Below are positions 53,186 through 64,000 of a DNA stretch of 64,000 bases, piece by piece; the first letter of the stretch is position 1, and each line of letters opens with the position of its first letter. Origin of the DNA: Phoronis australis (Eukaryota; Animalia; Phoronida); contig NMRA01000260.1 of assembly GCA_002633005.1 (NCBI GenBank), forward strand, positions 475,649-539,648. The letters are read 5' to 3'. The notes below the pieces were generated by a model, which saw only the letters and a program-made list of their open reading frames with translations, was not told the origin of the DNA and did not search any database. The position numbers and the translations under genes are program-made.

Positions 53186-56100
53186 ATGTCTCGAATAATC
53201 CTGTCGCTAGGGCTCTGTTTTCTCTTCATTACAGGTATGTTTTATATTGCACAAGCACCTCTCAGAAACAAGTGGATGGTTCTAGTAATGTACATTTACC
53301 CCCCTTTTATTGGTTTGAGCACTCATTTGCATTACCGTTAACATTAAATGTTAAATGTACAGGCCGTAGCAAATCAAACAAAAAAAATAATTTTCAGTAC
53401 CCGATCTTTTCGTTTTCAGTAAAGATTAAGTGTTGTTTGTCACGACGATGTATATTACACGAATAATAGTGAGGGGAGTTCGGCAGTTTTAATTCATCGC
53501 TAATTTTTTAAATTTGCATATTTTGTTCTTTAGTCTTTGCATACTAGAATTTGAAAAGTGTGAATGTCGCCGAATTCGTTTTTCTCTTACAATCGTTACT
53601 CAAGTTCCAAACGAAGGGATCTCCACCGGCACGAGAGATGTGAATTCTCCACGGGTTTCATAAAAGCCACCTGTTATTAAATTAATGACTGAAATCTTTT
53701 TGAAAACTGATTAATTGTGTTGTACGATGTCAACTTTAAGTTTGAAACAAACAGCTTTATTTATATTTCACAGGTTAATGATTTTTACGTCGGCAAAAGC
53801 AAACGTTTTCTTTTTTGAATTGTATTACCTCAATCATGATTGTTATCGTTTAGGCTTCTACTCAAAAAGATGCATTGTTAATTTTGTCCATATTTTATGT
53901 TGATGACCATTATGTTTTCTATGAGTAGGAACAAAGTTAAGGCAACCCAAACATCTTTTTTGAGACATTTCACCGCCCTTCTCAAAAGCGTGCCAATTTC
54001 TAGATCACGATCACCCCGTTGCATTTCACTAGATGTCGCTAATGTTCTTGGGATTACAAGAGAGGTTAAGTTAATGTTCAGAATCTAGAAGTTACTTCAC
54101 ACTTTCTCCTCTTGGGTGTGCCTATTGTTTACTAGGACGTCATTGATTAAACACACGACACTTTTCGTTGTTGACAGTCTTTCTTCCGTTTCGTTCATGT
54201 GTTCGGAATAAAACACTATTCTGAACGGAACATAGATGAAGTAACTGACCTAGCGACATAATTAAACGGTACTCGATATTTCGAAACTTGACGTCATAGT
54301 AAATGTCTGCTCTATGATGAAACAACAGCAGCTCAACGCACAATCAACATTTTTAAATTGAATGATGAATCATTTGAAATAGGGAATTCAAGTCGTGACA
54401 ACATACGGGTCAAGTCAGTCGCAGCGTCAACATTTTGCTCCCTGCAATGGCGCAAGTGGCTGACTGGGAGAGTGTGGAGTTTGCAAAAATTTTCCTCACC
54501 GAAAATCTTACCCCGCATTACCAGAAGAATTAACATTCTTGTTGAAAAAACAACAAAAAGTTTGTGGCATTTCCTCGTACGAGCACATTAGTACGAGTAC
54601 ATAATAGCATAGTAAACATTTTATTTCGTCTATAAAATTTATAGCTGCTGTGGCAGGCACTCTTGCGTTACACGTCATCAGTTCTGCACACGACACGTGG
54701 TTAGCATTAGGACGTCTCGTACTGAACTAGAAATTTGTAATTAGTTTAAGACAAGAAAAGGTTTCAAATATAAGATAGCAATTAATTTTATACAGAAGAT
54801 AAAGAATCGATCGAAGTTTTAACTTTATAAAATAATCGATTGCCTTCCTTGGAAAAACGAACATTGAGTAACGCCTACAATCGTAGATTTCTGGTCGCGC
54901 TCAACTCGAGACGTACAAAAGTGCTTCAAACTCACAGTCTTGAAAGAGACATGGAACGCAAAAACTCCTAAGAATATCTTTAAACCAGGTCTCGGCCAAT
55001 CTACATGTACTTCTTGGGGGTGCTAGCGTGAGAGTTATTCGCATTGCAAAAATGAAAATTTATTTCAAACATGTGCCAGTTTACCAGTTATCCTTCATAT
55101 TCGGTTATCTTATTTTACCGCGAATCTTATACAAATGTAAATTACCACGTGCAACCGCTGCATTTTCATTCAAGGTTATCCGTTTGCCATAATTTCCCCC
55201 AGATATTTCCAAATCAACAGACCGCTGTACGTTTGGCATCATGAAACAAGTTTAACGATATGCATGCAAGCCCAAGTGTGGGAGTATCCTCTGCGAAAAA
55301 TGACATGATAACCCAGCACATTCATCGAATTTATGACTTTCACAAAATACAATGGTGAGGGGAAAGTAAAGCTTTACTAATTTTAGTTCTAAATCGAATA
55401 TTGTAATTGAACGGGTCTGTACGTCTGTGGTGTTTACTCGTGATGAGAAGGGTTGAGCGTCTTGTCTGAAGAACTTTTTCAGAATTTATACATGCACATG
55501 TAGTAGTTCTGAGGCGCTGTAGAGCTTGGGTCACAGACGAAAAAATCAAGGTCTGGATGGTAGCAAATCACTGTAAGGCCGGGCGGTTTCACAGTCGTGT
55601 TCACTCAGATCATTGTCGAAATTCCGCTCGTCACGTATACCGCTTACCTTTTCGCAAGAGTTTAAGTTAAAGATATGAGAATAAATATAAGGTGAAGAAG
55701 ACACACTGCTTATCTAAGTTTATCAAAGGAAAATACCCAACTTTTCATTATACCTGACCCCTATTATTTGGAACATTACCCTATTTGGTAAATGTCTTCA
55801 ACGAAAGGCTCGGATTTTGATTATACATTTTAGTTATACTCTTGACCTCACAGTTACACCGTGTACGTTTTGTTTTCTTATAGCCAGTTTAGTCGTCAAC
55901 ATTGTCTAGCTGTCTATTTTTGTAGTGGCTTTAAGTGTCAACACTCTTGACAAGGAACTGACGAAGAAGATTCTGGAAGGTTATGAAACGTCAACCCGTC
56001 CCACTGACACTTTTCAAGATGCTGTGAACGTGACGATGGAAATAGGGCTGCGAGAATTGTCGGAATTGGTACGAAGCATAAGTCATGTTGAGAGTTTGTG

Positions 56101-59100
56101 TTACCCTAGAGCCACTTTTGCCTTAATGGAGCATCTTGACCCCTATCAGCCGAAAGTAATGTACTCTATACGTGCAGCTCGTTCTAATGTTTGTTTTATG
56201 GCAAGTCGTATTGTTGACGGAGCAAGATGTACTCGAGAAATATTACGTCACTGGTGAGGGTGTCTCAAATATCAATTACTGGACGTGCCCACGAAAAGGA
56301 TATGCAGATTAGTTGGATAGCCACGGGTACCTTTCCACGTCATGGGGATGGGGAAAAGTCATGATTCATTCAAAGTCCATTCAGATAACCGAATCATTGC
56401 ACGACTTTGTCCACGAACTTGAATAATGACACCCGGGAGAGCGAGGCCTGTTAAAAGTATTGCTTTTCGAAAGATTTATGAACTAGCTTGTCTAACGGTG
56501 GCAAGAATGTCATTGCCAATACATTCAGAAATATCACAATCTCAGTTTTCTTCCTGAGAGCCAACTGTGGCTCAGTTTTGGAGTGAGCATTAAGATGCCG
56601 ATGTTGTCCTAAAAATCCGGTCCTTGGCGAGGTTTACAATGATCAGTATTTATACTGTTAGGCAATCCTCGATGCCAAGAATAATTTCATGAATAATCTA
56701 AGCTAGTGCGTTTTGTGCCCAAGCAACCCCTAAATAGTCACGTACACTTCTCACAAAATTATTATCAAGTCCTGTGTTGGCCACTACTGTAACAAAAATA
56801 TACTTTTCCTGTTATTACCAGGTCCCCAGAGAGCCCAATATAAGAACTTATTCTCCCCCACACGAGTGCGCACCTGCTATACGCATGCTAAATCTAGGTC
56901 GTGGGCCCGAGTGCCCATTAAGTCTGAGAGTGCTCATATGTTCTGCAATTGTCAGGCAAACTAGACCTCTGATCCGCTGTCTGCGAAAGGAGTTCCACAC
57001 CAGTGAAATGCTGTCAGAGTGCAAAATACCTACAATGTCAAATACCGGCATACGTTCTGGTCATCACCACTTTCGTCTTGCCCCATTGCATGGGCGGCGC
57101 ACCATAGGGGGCTGGGGGGTTATAGTCCGCCACTTTTTTCAGTGCGCCGTCTCTCGTGGTCTATAGACAGAGCACCACAGGGGGGATGAGGGGGCTTTAG
57201 CTGCCCCACTTTTTTCAGTGCTACGCCGCCCATGCATTATCACGGCAGTTTTCACTTTAAAGCAGCCCCATCCCAAATGTTACCTTACATGGACCCGCCC
57301 AGGACAACTTCTTGCAAAGAAAATAAATATTTCGTCGCCGAAAAGGTTTTTTCCCACATCTCAAAAAGCAAATGCTAGATTTTCTTTACATTTCCACCAA
57401 TAAGTACGTGGAGCGTCGTCAGAGGAATTTGATGGCCGTGATTTCACTTTAAATGTTACTTCCAGAAATTCCATTTTTGAAATAAAAAGATGTAGATACC
57501 GTATACAGCAATCTCAAGATGGACGCCTCTTGATTTTTTCAATGCTTTCCTCATGGCTAAGATGGTTGCATGGATACAATTCTTAAGTGGCATATCGAAG
57601 TTTTCAGTCATTCCTTGACCTCACCCCCTTGCCTGCTTAAAAGAGTAAGTTTAATGGTTTTCCACAGACTCTGGGTGAGTGTAACCGGATGCTCAAAAAC
57701 TCAGTTACATCGGTCAAAACTGTTTCCTATCATACTGTAATCGAAATAATTCCTCGTGTTTGTTGAAAGAACGTTCGAAATGGGCAATGAAACCGTATGG
57801 TTTACTCCCTATAAGATTCTACGCATTGTTTCGCGAGTGTGTATAAAATGAGCTGGACCATTTAGATGTATGCGATGGAGCATAAACAACGTGAAAAATT
57901 TCGCAGTTCGATTGTCATTAAAATGCGCCATTCTTGCAACCACAAATACTGTTTGGCCACTGTATTGTTATTAGAATTGGTCTATACTTGCTTCTCGTGT
58001 AATATACCTGTCTGCAAGAAATTTGATTGGGAAACTGAAAAAGCCAACGATACATACACGTAATACACTGGAACTGGCATTCAGCTCAGTCGGTTTGTAG
58101 TTTAAATGGTAAACGATCGCCGACCTCGGGACTTCCAATTACGAATCGGACATTATCGGTTTTATAGCCCAAAACTGAGTTTTGTGGGATATTTGTGGGC
58201 ATGATAAACATTTTCTGGTTATTGGCTTTGACCAGGGATTTGAAACGACAAAATACAGTGTACGTGTTTTTGTGATTTAATTACAAATCACCAATTTTCA
58301 CCGTACATGTAATCTGCCAGACATACTCTTGAATCAAACCCGGTTTCTTTACCACTGAAATACGCTCCAGGATAGCTCAAACCTTATTCACAAAAATTGT
58401 CCATTTTTACAATATTTCACATGTGTCTAGCAAAGTACCTTGATTCTCGAGGAAATTCAAATAATATATATACATATATATACCGTGCAGTGAGAAAAAA
58501 GATTTAGCAGAACCACCTTGAAAACGCACGATCACATTAATATTTGCTTACAACTTATCCGACGTCAAAGGTTACATGGGTGTCACTCAAGTCGAATCCG
58601 GCTCCCGCCAGGTACAGAACAGCTTCGTAAGTACCCTCAGGCGTTTCATTCACCGAGTCGACAAAATATTGAACCAACGAGGTGTACATATGATAGAAAG
58701 GTGCGAGGAAAACAAAGGCAAAACGTACTTTTGATCATGAGGGACTTGTGTGTCTACATGTACATGCATACGACCGTAAAAAACCACGAGTCTCCTCTCG
58801 CCTCTGTGGTCCCGAACACAGCAAGTTGTAAAGAGAGATAAATCTTCTCCAAATTCCTGTTTCGATCATGCTAACGACATGTCTTAACCACCGACTCGAT
58901 TTTTGTTAGTCATTTCTTACTTGGTTTCGTATCAGTCTCCCGGCACATGACGTGTGTCTACAACAATGAACTGCGACATATTTTTAAGTCGATCAATCAA
59001 CACCAACAATTGATCCCACCTCGTGTCTGGGGGCGATACATTTAAATGGTAGTTAAGTTAATTAAGCAGTGCAAATTCAGTTGACATTACGAGTGAATGT

Positions 59101-62100
59101 TGAAATAGCTAACATGGTTTAGGCATATGTAGGTTATATTGAACGAAAATAAGTTTTCACCGAATAATTAACCGAAGACTTTGAGATTTTCACTCGTCCC
59201 ATTTTAATAGGCTTTTTCTCGGCTTCGGCAAATCGACCTTATTTGAACTTAGGAACACGAGTTCTCGAAAACGACGTGGTGGATTTCGCTGAAGCTTTTC
59301 AAACTTAATTACAGAAGTTTTTGCCCATAATAGGATCAAAAAAACTGACAATCGCCGCACAAATGAAAAAGTTCACATTGATTCAACGTTTCGTCTATTC
59401 ATTACACATCATCAGGCTACAAACAATAAGATATCATGTGTCGATATACCAATCAGGTTACACTCATTCCATCAAATGAAATGAGTGAGACAACAAGACA
59501 GGAAATAGTAATTACTAGTAGGTCATCACCAGAGCTGTAGTCTCACTGAGCTCTGCATTTTATTCAGAGAGTCAACAGCATGCTGGTTATGAATGGCCAA
59601 TGACGCTTTAATGTAGAGTAATTCCTTTGTAGGTTCTTTAGAGATTATACTGACTGAAATAGCTTGGTGGTTGTTACCATACATGTAGGCATTGTATCAG
59701 TAACATCCGCCAAGCTAATTCAGTCAGTGTAATCTTTAAAGAACCTATAAAGAAATTACTATACATTAAAGAGTCATTGGCCATTCAGAATCAGCATCCT
59801 ACTGGTTCTCTGAATAACATGCAGAGTTCAGTGGCAATCATCTCCTCAATCATTTCACTTCATGGATATAAACGGACTGGTGTATCGATGCTTTATTGTT
59901 TATAATCTGATGATGTCTAATAAATAGACAAAATGTTGAATCAATGTGAAGTTGTTCATTGGTGCGGCGATTTTCCGTTTTCAAACTTAATATCCATTCA
60001 TCAATCTCAAAAAGCTGTTAGGATTTTTGATAGAATGGCCTAATGTCACCAACACGTCAGTGAATCGGTAAACGTGGACTTAAGTCCTTCTTGTAAACCG
60101 TTCAAGGTTCGTTGTCACCATAGACTTCGAGGTTAAGCGGCTAAGGCATGTGACTCGTGATTTTTTAGCCCGAAGTTTATTGAGGAAACGAATGGGAAAG
60201 ACTGATCCAGCTGAAACCTGCGCCTTAAGCAGAGAGATTGAATGAACTGCAGCCGATGCATTGAATACCGGCTGTAAAGTCTTGATGGACATTTCAAACA
60301 TTTTGAAGTTTAATTTACTTCTTTATATTTCAGGTACAAAATGTGCAAATGTTGACAGTAAAAGCATGGATCAGACTCGTGAGTAACTCATCTAGTGGCG
60401 GATTTAGAGGGGGCCAAGAGGGCCACGGTCCCCTTAAAATTCTACCACATACCATTTGGCAATTCGGGTACGAATTGCTGACTAGCATATGCGCGCATCC
60501 AGGGGAGCCCGGGGGGGGGGAGAAGAAACAATTCATAGACCTTGAACACACCCCGCTTACCGTTTTGTTTTAGTAATAAGGTCCGCAAACCCAAAAATTC
60601 GAGACCCCTGCATCCCTACATTTTAGGTTGGGCGCGCGCATGTGCCAAAATTCTGGTTACTCCTGTGCCCTGCCCCCCTAACTCAAAATCTTGGATTCGC
60701 CCCTGTCGTTCTCCTGTCTCCCATTGCATGCAGCGTCTTACAGAGAAATCATCGATTTAGATCAAGTTGTTGAAACTTTTGCGTTATAAACTTTAAGACG
60801 TGTTTTAAGAAGGACCAGAATATGTCCCAATTCTCCTCACACATTGTTGTTTCGTTTGTTCCCTAGCGCTTTCACGGAAACTTGATTTTCCCGATGGTGT
60901 GTGATGAGAAACAGCGTCAAACCCCAAGAAAGTGTGTTACTTCAGTATCTAGGCTATGTTAGGCTTTCGTCTTGCTCTACGAACAGTGCAAGGGAAGGAT
61001 TTCGTCTTGAAAACAGCACACTGTGTAACTTTCTAACTAGAAAGATGTTTACATCATTAAACTTTCGGAGCAGCAGACAAAGAGGCTCCAACTGTTCTTC
61101 TTTCAGTACTGGTATGACGCTTCTCTAACCTGGAATGTGTCCGACTACAAAGGTGTTACCAGAACGGAGTTATCCACGGAACAGATTTGGCTTCCCGATA
61201 TTGTTCTGTTCAACAGGTATCCCTTGACACTTCGATCTGTAGTCCTTCACATTAGAAAAGTTCTAAGGGAATTCAGATAATTTATGATTATTATTTTGAA
61301 TTTGCACCTCTCCAATCACAAAATGCAACGTCATCGGCTTTTCATATCGACTGGTACATCGTCCAAGTCAGTGTTGCGTAGTCCGTAAAATTAAGATTAC
61401 GTAAGAACTCGAAAAATAACGCAGGTGAAAGATGAGTGCTTCGTGGGCTTACTCTTCGCAGCTTGCTTGCATGTTTTAGCAAAATGGCAGCCACTGAAGT
61501 GACTGGTCTATTTAGCCTTAGACTCTGGGATATATCAGGAACGCCATCTGGTGAGATTTTACGATATTAAACTACGACCTGGTTAACAATTTTTCAAAAT
61601 TTCTCTTAATGCTCCCATTTCTCTTATTTTTCTGAAAAAATATTGCTGCTCAACGCTGTTCCTTTGTTGTTAACCTGCATGAGTAATCACACCAGAATTA
61701 CAGTTCTGCTGTAAACCAAATTAACCGTCGTGTTTAAGTTAGCAGAGAGCATATTGATCACCGTTGGCGTTTGCCGTCTAGATTATGTAATGCTGTGAGT
61801 AACCACTCGAATTCAATCATATATAATGTATTAGATATAAGAACTGCATCACTGCACATACAACGATATTCAAGTCCAATGGTCAACTAATTAGTATCTA
61901 GCAGTGAGAGTCATTATAAAGACAATCTAAGGTCATGGGTTCATACATGTATGCCACATGGCTGGCTTGTGATAAACAAACAGTAAAGCACATGGAGTAA
62001 TCAGATACATGACAGATTATGACTCAAGTTATGGTAGCTAAGGTTTCAAAACATGTACTTAATGTGCCACTTGATTTAAATGCACCAGTTGGTCTCATCT

Positions 62101-63226
62101 TTTATCGTTAAAGAACGAGATTTCTACAGATACACACCGGATCCTAAAGCCAATTGTTCGTGACTAGATATTTACATTGTGCTATGGCCTAAAGATGGCG
62201 CTTAAACAGTTTTTGGTGGATTTGACTTTGGAAATCTTGGTACAGACAATTCTAGATCTCAGTTCCACAGAATGTACAAACAAGAAATTAAAACCTTTAT
62301 ATTGGGTCGAACACTTCAAAAAACTTGCACAAAGACCAAAAACCGATTCCGAAGTGAGTTTCTGCATCTTTAAGACCACCTAACGTGCTGCCAGCTACCG
62401 AAAAAATGAGCAAAAGTACACCGAAGATGCAGTTTCAATCTCAACAAGTCCAGCATTAGTTGCAGTCACTGTCAACTTAGATATAGTACATACAGACTGT
62501 CGAATTAAGCCATCTAGATTATAGAAATCATGCAAAAGCTAAGGTGGTTAAAGTCCATTTGTCCGAAAGGTTACTCCAAAATTTATAGTTCTTGCTTGCA
62601 AGTTTGTAAAATTTTAAGGAAAACAACTAATATTAAGATCCACGTGCACTGTATTAACAAAGGTCCTTTATTCCCACCGGAAATTGCCGTGATTGATGCG
62701 GCAGTGCCTTCCCTCTGGTGATGTTCTTTAACCGTAAATATGAACTGGCCGTTCTTCCCCCAATACTTTTATTTAATTGCCTGTGACTATGAAAACCCAA
62801 TTGGGGGCTCGAAAAATGTTTCCACAAAATTTGCTCTTCAACAACATCAGATTGTTTTTATATCTTTTATCCACATTCTGTATCCAAACGCCGCTTACAG
62901 TGTACCAAACAAGGGAGCTGAAACCAAAACATCATCGCTCTTCCCTCTTTTCAATTCAATAAACTTCAACAGGTGAGGTATAAACTATTGGGCTAATTCA
63001 ACCACGACAAAAATATTTCCAAAAAAATTGTGGAAATCGTAGCCATTAACCCTCATGATGAACGTCGATGATTCTTCTCCATAGCGCCGCCGGCAGTGAT
63101 TTCAAGTTGACGACTGACGAGTCCCTGGTAATTGTCTCGCACGATGGTCATGTGTTCTGGAGATTTCCCACTACCTTGACAAGCTTCTGTCCGCTAGATG
63201 TCACCTACTTTCCGTTCGATAAGCAG
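53186..63226 (+). CDS. Nicotinic acetylcholine receptor-like subunit B, exons 1-5 (continues beyond the window)
   Basis: Exons 53186-53234, 55926-56068, 60334-60378, 61107-61216, 63085-63226; same sizes (49,143,45,110,142) and phases as gene A; WLPDIVLFN, CPLDVTYFPFDKQ. Confidence 0.94.
57089..57234. mobile_element. About 146-bp MITE, same family as 8515-8661
   Basis: CATGGGCGGCG...CGCCGCCCATG; near-TSD CATTG/CATTA. Confidence 0.75.
59341..59981. mobile_element. Old Penelope-like element 3' end in inverted duplication
   Basis: Diverged arms centred near 59687; + frame from 59687 reads HCISN...SVIFKEPIKKLLYIKESLAIQNQHPTGSLNNMQSSV (GIY-YIG C-terminus pattern); degenerate CTGATGA hammerhead cores at 59907-59937 (+) and 59385-59415 (-). 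Confidence 0.72.
60394..60705 (+). mobile_element. Composite MITE copy, 15 nt after receptor B exon 3
   Basis: AGTGGCGGATTTAG...TTGGATTCGCCCCTG with inner GCATATGCGCGCATCCAG...TTGGGCGCGCGCATG. Confidence 0.8.
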
Positions 63227-64000
63227 GTAAAAAGCAACGCTCTATTTTAAGTAAAGTGAAGCCAATCTATTAATTTGAGTATTGTGTTCTTAGTATGTTA
63301 ATCTTATGTTAAACATGTATTGTTTTATGGTTTTCATAGACAATTTAATATAATATGTTCCTTTTCCACGAGTCGTTGCTTGTGAAACATCCCCGTTAAT
63401 GAAAACTATATCCTGTTTGAGTGACCCCTCAAACTAGTTTTCTCTTGATTAGAGACCCAAGCTTAAACACGATCCTCGTTGTGGTAAAAAGTGCATACCT
63501 TGTTGTTCTAAAAAGGGGTGTTCCCCCACAATCGTCGGAAGCGTTTGTCCATTTCCCAGATTGCGCAAGAAATTTTCAAACTTTCTCCGAACATTTGATC
63601 GGTGACCAAGGTTACAGGATAGTGTTCTGTTGCAAAAATCGAAATCATGTTGTTCTAGTCATCATTCCTTAATTGGCTAAAAGGTCGCTTAATAACTGTT
63701 TAATTTTTGCACAGCAACACCTTTATTTTTTCGCTGGCATACATTTCATTACGCAGTTTACGAACCACTGCCATCGTGTTTACTTCAATTACATATTTCA
63801 GTGTTGCGTGTCCGTGTACATCCACGGTAGCTGGGATTGGTGCCTGAAGGCAAGGTTATACAAGACCCATATTTGACTAATTTCGGAGCCTCATATCTCA
63901 GAAGTGACGGATTGACTTCGTATGAAGCTTTGGCTCTCTATTCGTCATGAATTTGTCTCTTAATGTCTGTTAAGAGTTGTCATTAAAATGTTCCAATTTT

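Larger units (their letters stand above)
44676..53509. repeat. 4.4-kb tandem duplication (44676-49100 and 49102-53509) joined by one N
   Basis: Colinear copies with scattered SNPs and several short indels; each holds exon 1 of both receptor genes. Confidence 0.97.

Noticed and set aside
58075-58155. tRNA/SINE-like A box
   Set aside because: No convincing B box or cloverleaf.

Overview
AT-rich, intron-containing eukaryotic DNA, most consistent with a marine invertebrate draft assembly (one 541-N gap, three single Ns). Host genes: (i) three phase-1 exons on + encoding a kringle, the C-terminal half of an F-type lectin domain and a Tie-like Ig domain (incomplete gene); (ii) an intronless GT11 alpha-1,2-fucosyltransferase; (iii) a complete 10-exon, 473-aa non-alpha nicotinic-type Cys-loop subunit on - and, head-to-head with it, the first five exons of a close paralogue on +. 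The rest is rich in transposon relics with readable termini: an ISL2EU-like THAP element carrying a 9-bp-TSD insert, a Kolobok-like element, two Academ relics, a solo LTR nested in a MITE, several MITE families, and two Penelope-type inverted repeats with minimal hammerhead ribozyme motifs. A 4.4-kb tandem duplication of both receptor first exons is joined by one N and is probably an uncollapsed haplotype. Best leads: the atypical receptor pair, the hammerhead palindrome, and a strong excess of TACATGTA that looks like Tc1/mariner excision footprints. All family calls are motif recognition by eye; no searches were run.
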